A stretch of DNA of 64,000 nt from Amoebophrya sp. A120 (lineage: Eukaryota > Protista > Dinoflagellata): the NCBI GenBank assembly GCA_905178155.1, contig CAJINV010000001.1, positions 6,605,860 through 6,669,859 of the forward strand, in the 5' to 3' direction. Both the position numbers and the translations under genes were made by a program. The notes under the pieces are model-generated. The model searched no databases and was not told the origin of the DNA. It saw only the letters and a program-made list of their open reading frames with translations. Below are positions 24,522 to 36,600 of the stretch, piece after piece; position 1 is the stretch's first letter; every line of letters starts with the position of its first letter.

Positions 24522-24741
24522 TCTCGTGCTTGTCCATTGACATTCGTGTAAATTATCTTTTCTTATTCCTCTTCAGAGTGGACGTGCACGCGATCACCGT
24601 CTTTTGACAATCAAGACGTCGCTATTCCGCCACCCAGGTACCGTCCCGGTGGCGTTAGAAAAGAAATTAATTTACATAATACAAACGTTCCTGCTAGGTC
24701 AACAAAGATGTTTTTCTTTTAACCGTTGTTGTACTTAATAG

Positions 24742-24801
24742 TAGGGAGTCGCGACTTAGGGAGTCGTAGGGAGCGCATCGACCTAGGGAGTCGCGACTTA
24801 G
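24742..24801. repeat. Short repeat cluster: TAGGGAG x4 with the palindrome AGTCGCGACT x2
   Basis: TAGGGAG at 24742, 24757, 24767 and 24784. AGTCGCGACT at 24747 and 24789. Confidence 0.8.
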
Positions 24802-25569
24802 CCTCATGCCACACCCACATGCCACGGCCAGCCCGGTATGCATAAAAAGGTCTTGCTTTTTCACTGTCGTAGTTACATTCATACATTATCATACATTTGC
24901 TCAATCAACAATTTCAATTTCAACATGGTACGCCCGGGCGCGCAAGTTCCGCACTTCTGATGGTGCAGCACGAGCACTCCCCCCGCCAGTTCCGCGCTTC
25001 TGATGGTGCGCGTCTGGTGTAGCTGCACAGCGCAGCAAAGACTTATGCTCTTAGTTCTTATACTCCTAACGGTGATTGCAGCACCAGGAGCCCAGACCAG
25101 CTGAAAGAGCTGACGCCCAGTAAAAGTTTCTCTCACTCGGGGAGAGACGCGAATCGTCTCGCGAAAGCCACAAACCTGCTTGGAATCAGTGCATTCTAGT
25201 CCCCGTTGATTCTCGTAGTCGTGGGACTAGGAGTGGGACACTCACATTAAGGAAACCTATGAAACTAAGACAAAAGGAGAAGCGACGTGTGGGCTCCTCG
25301 TTGCTGTTGATTTTGCAACTCATTGATTTCAATCAGATCGACCGGTTTGTGCACGCTCTAACTGCTCTTGAAAAGGTACCGAAGCCGCTTTTTACCTGTA
25401 TGTTGACGCAATGTTGAGAAGTGAAAGAATCATTTTTTATACCTTATCGAAACGCTTCTCGCGTCATCAGCGTGTCGTCACTTCGAGCCTCGCGGCTCTC
25501 GATCAAGAACCAACTGGGGGTAAAAAAATGCAGAGGGAAATTCTACGCTAAGACCAAGCAAACGGCAGC

Positions 25570-26052
25570 CTAGAAGATAGAATACTTCTTCCCTTTCCGC
25601 TCCTTACGCCACATGCGAAATTCATGTTCCAGATCCTTCTCTGCGATGAACTTCAGCGCCAGCTCCCGCTTGTCAGTTTTCGGCAGTTTCAAGCTCGGCC
25701 CGGCAACCTCTTCGGACTCCTCATCCTCGTCTTCGGCATCGGAGCGCTCCTCTACGCCACTTACTGTTACCACGTACTCCCCACTGCCCCAATCAAACCG
25801 ATGCACTTCCTCCTCGCCGCTGTCGACGGCGCCCTGGATCTCGTCCTCAATGTCGGAGAAGTGGATCTCCTGTCCGTACTTCGAATTCAGCTCGTCGACC
25901 ACCTCTTCAGCGGTGTCGGCCTTGAACTCATGCTCGGACTCACTGCTTTCCTCGTCCGACGCCTCGCCACCGCGTTCCCACTTCACCTGGACCGAGAACT
26001 CTTTCCACTCCATGGGAGCGTCGGAAATCACTTTGCGCTTGAGGGTGGGCAT
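25570..26052 (-). CDS. Small, highly acidic hypothetical protein (160 aa)
   Basis: ATG-initiated intronless ORF, more GC-rich than its flanks. D/E-rich core with basic N- and C-termini. Confidence 0.7.
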   Translation of the reverse strand: MPTLKRKVISDAPMEWKEFSVQVKWERGGEASDEESSESEHEFKADTAEEVVDELNSKYGQEIHFSDIEDEIQGAVDSGEEEVHRFDWGSGEYVVTVSGVEERSDAEDEDEESEEVAGPSLKLPKTDKRELALKFIAEKDLEHEFRMWRKERKGKKYSIF

Positions 26053-26054
26053 GT

Positions 26055-26124
26055 TTGAAGCGTCTTATTGCTATTATTCCGGAAGATTGTTGAAGCGTCT
26101 TATTGCTATTATTCCGGAAGATTG
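26055..26124. repeat. Perfect 35-bp tandem duplication just upstream of the acidic ORF start
   Basis: TTGAAGCGTCTTATTGCTATTATTCCGGAAGATTG x2. Confidence 0.92.
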
Positions 26125-26757
26125 TGAATAAAATAAAACTTCACACTCTCTACTTTTTCGATCGCTGGACCATGTCCATGCAAGAAATTGCGATTGCAAT
26201 GTGGATGTCAGCTCTGCAGCGTACACGTTGCAAGCAAGGCCAGACATAAATCGTGAACTGCGGGGCTGGGGTACTCTCAACACGACGACGAGTGCCATTC
26301 CATTATAACGAGAAGAATCTACTCCAACAATGAATTACTCAATTTGATTGATGATAGCTTTTCACCCCCTGCTCAATTATCAACCACACAATAGATTTCA
26401 ATTTTTCCCGGTCCATAACCAAAGGAATGCTGTGACGAAAACGAGCATGACAGATCAAATTCAACCCTTTGCTCGCATCTCATGAAACTGAAAGATCAAA
26501 TTCAAAAAAAAGCGTTCACAAACGCAGTGGTGTCGCTGGATTTAGATTGTTTGATCTACCTCAAAGAATACTTTATGAAGAGACACAAAACGCGCACCAA
26601 TTTTCCAGCGTCAAACACCATCGAGACAGGGAGAAGCTGCGGATGGAGCTTGAAGAGTCGACGAGACTTATCTGTGTTGTGGCTTTGTCGTCTTTCGTCT
26701 TTCTAAATCTTTCATTTGTTTCCGACACAAGAGCAAATTAATCTTGGAGCGGTGTTC

Positions 26758-26817
26758 ATGATGTTCATCGGAACCTCTTACAGAGCGGATGATGTTCATC
26801 GGAACCTCTTACAAAGC
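26758..26817. repeat. ~31-bp tandem duplication overlapping the P5A ATPase stop codon
   Basis: ATGATGTTCATCGGAACCTCTTACArAGC at 26758 and 26789. Confidence 0.85.
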
Positions 26818-29800
26818 ATTGCTTTTATCGTCCACGCACCACCCACGGACCCAGCTAGGTCCACAGCAAGAATCCCCGCTACCCGGTGGCGCAAATCCTC
26901 GTCTGGGATCGGGTAAAGTCCGAGCAGCCAATCTACTCCAGGGAGAACCTCGAAAATCAAGAGCAACAGCACGAAGAGGTACAAAACCCACGTGTTGCGC
27001 AAGGGTTTGTTCTCCGTAAATGCCACGAGAAAGGGGCGGCCACTGTAATTCGCCAAGAAGTTTGCCAACTGATTCACCTGGATGCAGAAGAACAGCACGG
27101 TGCCGCGCAACGTCGGCACGAATTCTGCATTTACTGGTATACCGTACGCAGTCCGGAGCTTCGGAAAGTTAAAAAGCTGCGAACTTGGTGAAGAAACTTG
27201 TTCAGGTACTATCTCTGCGTTCTCAACAGCTGCAGCTTTTCGGAGAGTAGAATTTGCGCTATTATACGCATCTACTTCCGCCAGTGCCCAGAAGATGCAG
27301 CTCAAGTGGCACACAGTCTGCAGTCCCATGCTCGCCCAGGACGCCGGATGGGATAAATTTGCGACCGGTCGCTGACGCGTGAGCGGCCCAACGCTGCTCC
27401 GGCTGATCAGGAAGAACAAGGAGGAAATGAATAAACTCTCGAGCAGTGCCTGTGCTTCACTGGTTCGCGTCCCGTCCAGCGTGACGAGGCTCAATCCACA
27501 GGCCAGAACGACACTGTTGACACCCATAATCTGGTACATTTGCAGAGTCACGCAACAGGCACCGCGGCCGGCCTGCAGCAACTTCGTGACGCACTGGATC
27601 GTTTCTCCACGGTAGGTGAAAGGGCTTGCGATTGACGCCTCGCCGAGCTGGGCAGTGGCAGAGCCGCCGGGTTTGTTTGATGAGCTCGAGCCTGCACCGC
27701 CACCTGCCATCAAATCTTGTTCGTCGATAGGCAAGAAGTCCTCCGCAGCAATACCCAGCGGATTCATATCACCAGCGTCGTCCGCCTCGGAAGCGGAAGG
27801 GGACGAGGCGGGTGGTTGACTTTTCCCTTTCTTGGAGCCCGCTGGTACCTTTTTCGAACGGGACCTCGGGAAAAATTCACCCTTTTCCGTTGAAGTGGAT
27901 AGCAGCGAAATTCCCACGTGTGCGCGCTTCAACGCGCCGACATCATTCAAACCGTCGCCGTATCAAATGCAAAGTGTCTGGGTCTGGAAAAGTGTGATGC
28001 TGTTTGTGCATGACACAGAAGGTCTAGCATGCAAGTTCTAGCAGCACAGGTTTTGAGCAGGTTAGGCGATGCCTAATCCGCATGACAAGTTCCCTCTTTT
28101 GGTGGCAAGAAGTGAGCAACTTATGCGGTCCATGCATGACAGATTTTTTTCTGGTCTCAAATACGCATAAGAAGTTTACATGTTTCCAGACCCAGACACT
28201 TTTGCATTTGATACGCCGATCATCAGGGTGATCTCGCCAGATGCGGAAAAATCATCCAGCAAGGCTTTTTTGCAGTCTGGCGTTGCGCGGGCGAAAACGG
28301 AGACATGCGGAAAGACTTTCCTCCTCCAGCTAGAGAAGTTGAAGGTACCAGTACTGCTCGCATGTAACGTTCGAAACCGGCCCAAGTCCGCGAACGAAAC
28401 GCAAAGTGCCATCGATCCGGCCTTTAGGTTCTTCAGCACTCGTTTCTCGTCCAGAGATTCACCATCAGCAGAAGAAGAATCAATTTTCCCCGCGGCCGAG
28501 CCGCCTTCGAGTCGTCGCCAGCGAACTTTGAGGCTTTTGCTCTCAACAGCGTTTGCTTGTTTATTTCCGTCCACGGTCGTGGTTTGATCAACGTGATCCG
28601 CACTATTTGAAGGATAGATGGGCGTCACGAAATCCGCATCCTGCGGCACCATCCCGCATTCTTGCGCCACATGGCAGGCAGTGGCCAGCGCGTCTCCAGT
28701 GATCATGACACACTTGTGGTCGCAGTTCTGCAACTCTCGAATGGTCTTCTTCGTGTGAGGCTTCAGGTTCGACCGCAGGGCCAGGAAGCCGGCAAACTGC
28801 AGGTTCGAATCTTCGACATCCGCGCGCTCAAAAAGACTGTCAACATTCGAGCCATTTGGTTTATTTTTCTCAACTAACAAATTTGCAACTTTTGGATTCT
28901 TCTTTACTTCGGCACTCATATCCTTCCACGCGAGGGCCAACACTCGCAACCCGTGGTGCGTCAGTCTCGTCGCTTCGCGCTCGTACGCACTTGCTTCGGA
29001 TGAGTTTTTGAAGCAGATGCGAGACCGCAGCATTTCTGGCGAGCCTTTGACAAACGCGTAGACAAAAGGGGGGGATTGTCCAGCTCCTGCGCGAGATTTG
29101 CTTGTGGTGACTGGCATTTTTGCGGCGACAACGGACATGCGCTGTAATTCCGATTGAAACGGAAACCGCTCAAGAATTTTCAACCGATTCGTGCTTGGAC
29201 CAGCAGCGCTATCCTCGGCTTGCTCTTGCACAACTGTTGGAAGCCAACCGGATGTTGAGGATGCGCCTGCGCCTGCAGGTGCTCCCTCATCGAACTTCCA
29301 GCCCGCGTACTCAAAAGCCGCCTGCTCTGCGGGGTCTCCTATGATCTCGCTTGCGCATTCGTCCACTGGCTCGCTGTCTTCTCCTGGTTGCAACATGCGC
29401 CCAATGAGTCCTGGGATCTGCCGCGACTGCTGCAGCAACTTCTTCGCAAGGCCTTGAGTGCTTGATTTTGACTGTTGCTTTTTTCCTCGTTTCAGCAACA
29501 AGGAGTGACAGGCGCCCAAGACAAAATCTGCGTGCAGCTCACTTCCCATGGAGGGGGTACCTTTCATTTGCTTCGAGTCCTTTGCTGACACCCCAGGTCC
29601 ATTCACCTCCTCGTCCTTTACAGGAACTTCAGTTACCACCGAATCGACAGTGTACTTGCTACTTGTCAAAGTGCCGGTCTTGTCGAAGCAGCAAGTTGTT
29701 ACGCGTCCGGCGTACTGGAAACGATGTGGCTCGGTGCAGAAGATGCGCAGCTTGTGCAGCGCGAACAGAAACAGCGAGGTGACAAAGGACAGAGTCGTTG

Positions 29801-32747
29801 GAAACTCGGGGGGCACCGCGGCGGTAAGAATGTGCGACACGGAGAGAAAAACTTTCCAACGGGAGCGCGGACGTGTGGAAAGGAGTGTGTCAAGAGCGGT
29901 GGTTAACCACGATGACATCTCGCCTTCGAGCAGTGACATGCCGGTAAGGTCACCGAGTGATGCTCCCTCTTCTGGCGCCACGCCCTCTGCGGCACAGGAT
30001 GAGAGCGTAGATCCGAGAACCTCATCTGTGAACAGACGGCGGCGAAAATCGTGGGCCGCAGAGGAAGGCGCGGCTCCTGCGACAGAACTGACGTTTGTAG
30101 CAGGATCTGCTGAAGCTGTCGAAGTCGTTGTGCTAGTGCCAATTTTGTCCGATGTCACGCTCGTGGAAGACAACAGCAACCGGTGAAAAGTTTCCCGGGC
30201 GCGAAGTTCTGCTGTCGCGAGCAGTGACGCGGAATCCGTGGTCTCATCTACTTCTCCTGCAAGTCCTTGTATTGCACCAGCGCATCTTGCTTCCAGTTCT
30301 CGCCAAAATCTCCCAAACACTCGCTCTCTGGCTTCCCTATGCTCCTCGGGATACCATACGAGACCGTCGTAGAGCAGGTACAGGCAAGACAGAATTCCGA
30401 AGAGCAGCAAGATAACCAGAAACCAGTAAATTTCGGTCTGCGCGTTTTCCAGCGTCGCTCGTTCCGCGTTCGACACGATTGTGCGAATCAAGCTGCCCTG
30501 CTTCGTGTCGTAGCTGGTGTTTAGAACTTTCCCGATCACGAAGGACCCGTCACCCTCATCAATTTCGTTTTGTTCGGCCTGGTGATTCTGTCCTCGTCCT
30601 CGCGACTGCGTTTTCTGAAGGAGGTGTAATTGCTTCTTGTTCTTTTGCGCAACGATGCGGAGACCGACCGACCGCATTTCGGACAAAGCTTCTTTGACCA
30701 GTGCGTCGGGAGGCAGGGAGGGACACGACGACGACGCGCTGCTGCTAACTGCAGGCGTTCCTAGCGCGTGTACGACTTTCGTGCCGGAAAACACTGTATG
30801 AGCTTTCAGAGTATTGTCCTCCGCAGCTGAAGATCCGCTGTTGTCATCGTCTTCCCGGACGAAGTGGGTGGCTAGGAAAGTCGTTGCAGTCGTTTTGTCA
30901 TCTGCGGCCTCGACACCAGCGACTGCAGCTCCTTGTCTTCCTTTTCTATTGCGCAACGACATCTGTAGTTCTCCGCCTCGCACAGAACTGGAAATCTCCT
31001 TTTCTGCTCTCGTAGTGTTACTACTACCGTCGGCATCCACAGTTCCATCGCGAATCGCAATTTTCGTTTGCGGCAGTGTCTCTCCAGTCAGCATGCTCTC
31101 GTCAGCCAGGCAACAGGACCCATGCTGCAGCACCACATCGGCAGTTTGCGGCAACGTTTCTGAGGGAAAAACCGCAACCGTGTCGCCCGGAAGGAGATCC
31201 CGGCTCCCAACGAGCTTCCAGCGCTGCGAACTTGCTTTTCCGGACGCGTCATCGGATGTCAGTAGAAGTGTCGGCACGTTTGGGAAAACCATTTGCCGCC
31301 GTAGGAGCTGCATGTCGCTCACGCGCCGAGCTGCAAATTGCACCTCCAACGCGACCAGCATGATTAGAGTGAAGAGTGAGTAGTACCAGTAGCTGTCCAG
31401 CATCCACAACAACGTGCAGGAGATTTGAAAAATGAAAAACGGGGACGTGAAATTCTCCAGTGCTGCCGTCGCCAGATCCGGAGCGGCGATGTCAAACTGA
31501 TTCGTACCGTGGAGCAAGTGGAACCGTGAGCGAAACTGGCTTCTAACCTGGCGCGCATCGGTGGCGTCTTTTTCAACTTCTTCATCCACACATACGTCCG
31601 GTGCCAATCGCAACTTACGGAAGTAAGAGGACGCGCTGTTTTTTTCTCCGTCCCGATTCTCGAGAATCATCCTCCCCTTATTCGGATCGTCGATGAGAAA
31701 GAGAGAGACGCAGGCTTGTTTCGTGCTTCTTGCTTCATCGTTTTCCTCGCAAACCACTGGTCGCAGACTGTACTGCCGCCTCGCCAAAATCCTAAAAAGT
31801 AAGCTGCTGATGCCGACTTTCCTTTTCCGCAACTCTTCGAATATCGTTGGGTGCCACACGCCGCCAAAAAGTTTTTCGACAAGGTTGCGTGGCTGGGTCA
31901 GAAGTCGAAAGAGTCCGACCTTGGCGTTGGGTTCTTCGGGCTGGACGAGACAAAGACCACCTTCCGTCCTGTCGAATGCGGAATCTGCAAAAGCATCGGC
32001 CTTCGCTCCACGCTCATCCGCCTCCTCACCCAGAAACATGATTTCAAGTGCCTTCAAGAGAATGCTCTGCTTCTTCCTGTCCGCACGGACAGTACCCTTT
32101 GACTTTCCGCCCGCAGTTGCGTCTTGTGTGGTGCGTGAAGCTGTGCTCGTTTTCCGTCCTAAATTACTCGGTGCGATCAGCGTTGCGCTACTTGTGGTTT
32201 TGGCTGCAACATTTGTTTTCGAATGCGACAGCTTTTGCAAACCAAACACGTATCTCGACGGCGATTTACCAGCAACTTCTCCAAACTCCGGATATCGGAC
32301 CTCCAGCAAAGGAAGAAGCTGGTGACTTGGGCGCCCTGTCGTTTTGTTTCCTTTGTCGCTTCTAGGGGCGACGTCAAGCGTGTCGTTGCTAGCTACTGAT
32401 TCCGAGGATAGCAAGACATGAGTGGCGTCCTCGACATTTTTGACGCGCCGGAAGCGCAGGAAGAGGCGGAGGCGCAGGTTCCACCGCGTGGCAAGCACGA
32501 GGAGCAGGTGCAGGTAGAGTGGAAGAAATATGAGGATTTTCAGCATCGCAAAATGCTCTTCGTCCGCACTTTGTTTTTCCGGCGGCAGCTCGTCGCAAAA
32601 CAGTCCGGGAAAATCGTAGGTGCACGGATCGTCCCAGGAAATACGAGCGGTAAACAGCGCGTAGGTACTAGTCCAGACATGGAGCGGCACCAGGGGAAAT
32701 CCGTCGTACCCCCAAAACTGTGCACGCTCCTGGTAAAACGTCAACAT
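26796..32747 (-). CDS. P5A-type ATPase (ATP13A1/Spf1-like)
   Basis: PFFIFQ, DESMLTGET, VPPEFP, CFDKTGTLT, KGSPE, MITGD, VFAR. Removing introner 27961-28213 restores TLMIG|DGLNDVGALKRAHVGISL. Confidence 0.93.
27961..28213. mobile_element. Introner/MITE family A (253 bp), opposite orientation to 21881-22132
   Basis: TIR TATCAAATGCAAA(A)GTGTCTGGGTCTGGAAA. Perfect TSD CGCCG. Interrupts the GDGxND hinge motif. Confidence 0.95.
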
Positions 32748-33674
32748 TCTCGCGACAGTCGATACAAAAAAGTACCTTTTAGGTGGAAGTCAAGCGAACA
32801 CTACTACATCAAATTCGCATTTTGTAGTTCCAAATGTACTACTTCTGCGTTCTTGAGAACAAGACGATACATTCCTGACAGGAATTTCATGTCTTGATCG
32901 TACTGTACTAGTATCATCTTCTACACACCATCTTTACTTTTCGACTGACAGACAAAGAAACTGAAGGTACCGTGAAGATCTTTCAAAAATGAAATCACAA
33001 CCCGCTTGCAAGGGGTGATACCACAAGGCGATCGATGCACTACTTACGCTAGAACTCATGTTTTGTCCTTCTATCTTAAACGAGATTTTTGTGGATCATT
33101 AAAGTCGAGTATCACGACGATCAAGACTTTCGCTTTCCACCTTGGTAAATGAAATACAACGTCGATCCCTTTGTCTCGGACACGTTTTCAAATGCATCCT
33201 GCTCCTCAAGATCGTGAGACAGATACTATGAAAAAAAAACGCACAACGAACGCAAAGATGAAAGTTCCGTCAAAGTGGAACTGGAACTGCAATCATGAAT
33301 CACAGAATAGTTTTTCTCATCTGCGTTTTCTGCTATTTCTTTGTACAGTGACTGAGACATGGAAAGCCTTCGTAACTTGGCATCGCGTAAAACACGTTTC
33401 GAGAGTCCTGAATTCGCTGAAACGAAAAAACTTCTGCGGCCTGAAAATCGCTGACATGGAAATTCGTAGTGAAATTGATTCTCACCCAAGTGAAGCTGTG
33501 AAATTCAAATTTTAGGTTTGAGTTAGTGTGAAACTTCAAAATTCAATTTCTGATTCCGATCGTAAAGTAGAAGTACAAGATAAAATAGTTTGTACATTTC
33601 CAAAACAAATTGGATACAGCGCCACACAACATACGACGGCTGCTTGTTAGTTTATGCAAACAAGACGCAATGAT

Positions 33675-36600
33675 TTAGAAGTAATCCTTGTAGTGAACCG
33701 GATTGAGATGCAGATGCGGCCAGTTTCCGATGAACTGTTTTCGGAAGGAAGTCACGATCCCCGAGGAGCCTGGCGCGCCAAATCGCGAACCGGTCCCTTT
33801 TCCCTCGTAGATCGCGTCTGACTGTCGCATAATGTGACGCCGCCACTGTCTGGGGTCGAATTCCGCAGGAGCGTCAGTCGGTAGCGGAGAAGCCTCTTCC
33901 TTGAGATTGCCGTTTTCACCTTGCCTATCGCCGGCCCACCCGCTGGAAGAAGATCCTGGTGTGGCTAGCGACGTCATCCCTAGCCATTTCGTCAAGTCGA
34001 CGGAGGCAGATGGTGTACTACTTCTGGCTTGCAGGGACATCAATTGCTGGCTCTCGAGACCCCCACCAGCCGCACCGGGTGGCCGCCACATGTAAGCGAC
34101 ACTCGCTGCGCTTTGTTGTGTGCCTCCGTCCGCATGTGGAGCGACGTCTCTCCTGTACAAGACCCCGAGTTTATTTTGCGCGCAGAGACCCGCCTTCTGC
34201 TTTTCATCTTCCGAAGCCGTTGTCGTTTCGTTGTCCGTTGCTCCTGCAAGGCGAAAAGAAAACTTCTGCTTTTCCACATCAGTGGATGAGTCCAGATGCG
34301 CCTGAAACGTTTTTTCGAGATACTCAACAGCAGTCTGATGCGTTTGTGATCGCCTTGCAGAACTGAGTTCATCAACATCGTCATCACTCGTATTTCCGTC
34401 CACGTCTGTTGTTTCGATTTCCGTCGCAGTCACTTCAGCGGAAGTCGTCGTGTAGTTGACATCGCGTGTCATGTTCAACTTCTCGCTCTTCCGCTTTTTG
34501 TTCTTCGGATCTGCTGTTGCGCAGCCAGCAAATGCGACCCTGGTGCAAAAATCGCCCTTCCCTGCATCAGAGGTGTGGGGAGCCGACGCCAGGGCTGGAT
34601 AATTCACTATGCGTTTTCTCGCTAGATCCTGTTTGCACTGCGCCAGGTAGGCTAACGACTGCAAAACCGTGATCGCCTCGGTTTTTCTCTGCGAGAACTG
34701 CGCTGCGGCAATCGCCCGCTCGATGTGCGCACGGATCAGCAGATTGGCAGATTCCAGAAAGACACCGATGCAAATGTATCGACGTTCCCGCCAACGACGT
34801 AGACCACCGGCGGAACGAAGATGCAACTTCGGGCCTACGAAATGAAATTTGGCAGTACGCGATTCGAATTCATATCAGTGAGCATGAAAAACTAGAGTTC
34901 AAGAAGCTGCTAATAATCCAGAAAAACAGACTGCAGATCGATGGATAATCAACCCCAGCAGTAGAAGAAAAAACTATAGAAAGTACTTTACCCTTTGGTT
35001 TTGGTGTGATTGCCATCGGGGTCATCGCGCGGGCCGCAGTCATCATCAAACCAATAGCCTTCCTCGGGCTTGTGCTTCTTTGGCTTTGCACCTCCAGCTG
35101 CACATTCTTTGCTGGCGTTGACGCGCCGACGCCTGTCGCTGCGCGCACGGGACTGTGCTCACGGCTTTCTGCCGCGGTGTTGAAGAAACGACTCACCGTT
35201 TCCTCCTCACTCGTCGTTGCTAGAGCGCCCAGCTTCGCCAACCGGTGCAGAAACAACCAGGCCCGCGTGTCCATCGCGTAAATTTGCGATGGCGGAGCTG
35301 CAGACCGGGCAGAAATTCTTGCTGGTGGTCGAGAAGCACTCGCACTACTGCTGCTGGCCAGCGCTTGCTGATCCACATTTGCAATCCCGATTCCCAACGC
35401 CTGCTGATGGACGGTCTCGTGGTGCACGCTGCGTCGCTTCTGGGGGGAGACCGAGTTGGAAGCGGAGTTCCTTCGCTGATGTTGAGCAGCCTTCCTCACT
35501 TCGTTGCGACCACGGGGTGAGGGTGAGCACCGGTCGTCTGCAACAGCAGCAGCAGCGCTAGCGCGTCCAACATTGTTAACCCCCGCCGCCACGACAGCCC
35601 CGTCTTCCGGTAAAGAGTTACCACAGGCGTTGGCGACAGGGAGATAGTACTTGTCGTAGTAGGTGGTAACCACGTCCAACTCGTCGCCCATGTCCACTTC
35701 GCCATCCCCGACAAGCGAGCCGCCGAGCAGCGTCGTAGCCCGGGTCTTCACCATGCGGTCCTTCACGACGCTTTCGTACCGGGAGGGCTTCGTGTCCGTG
35801 GCCTCAATCGCGACCGTGTGCACCCGCCGCACACAATCTTCCAACACCACACGGTCCAAAATTTCCACGGGGTTCAGGTTTTGTTTCGGAACACCAGATG
35901 TTGTGCTGGAGGAGGAAGAGCCACCGCGCTGCATTCGGTCGTACAAACCTTGGAGCCAATCGGTCAAGATCAGTCCGTTCCCCCCTCGGCCCTGCAGCGA
36001 CGCGGACTCCTCGATTTTAACCGACCTTCGCGTGGGAACAACCTGGTACCCATGATCCGAGGAGCGGCCACCAGCCGCACTTTTGTGCGTCAGCGTTTCG
36101 ACGTCGGTTTGATTCAAGTCCGTCTCTGAATCTTCGCCGCTGCCAGACTTCAACGTCACCGCCGTCGCTGTGAGGGAATCCAGATCGCCAGGGGCCACGG
36201 TACTTTGCAAAGTATCCCCAGCAGTGCCGCTGAAGCCGTTCTTGGCAAACTCCACCGCTCGACGCAGATTCTCCTCCTTTTCTCGGACACTGGGGAGCGG
36301 GTTGTTAGTATCGAAAAACAGCCCCTTTACCGGCGATTCCATGGCAACCTGCATACGCTTCTCCTGCAGTGGCGTTTGCTCCATCATCGCGATGATGCGT
36401 GCCTGCCGATCTTTTGGCGAACTTCTCGGTGGTGTCATCTTCGGCACGGGAGGTTCTGGACTTTTTGCGGTGGCGACCACTAGTTCTGGAGAAGGCGATA
36501 ATGTTGATGCAGGTTGAACACCAACTGGAACTGGCGAACGAACGGTTTCTTGTAGTGCTGCCCGCTCTTGAGACTGATGCACTTGCGTTGGCTTTTCTTG

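Noticed and set aside
24742-26817. Short direct repeats as a CRISPR array or telomere
   Set aside because: Only 2-4 copies, no unique regular spacers, no cas genes, and no tandem TTAGGG/TTTAGGG run.
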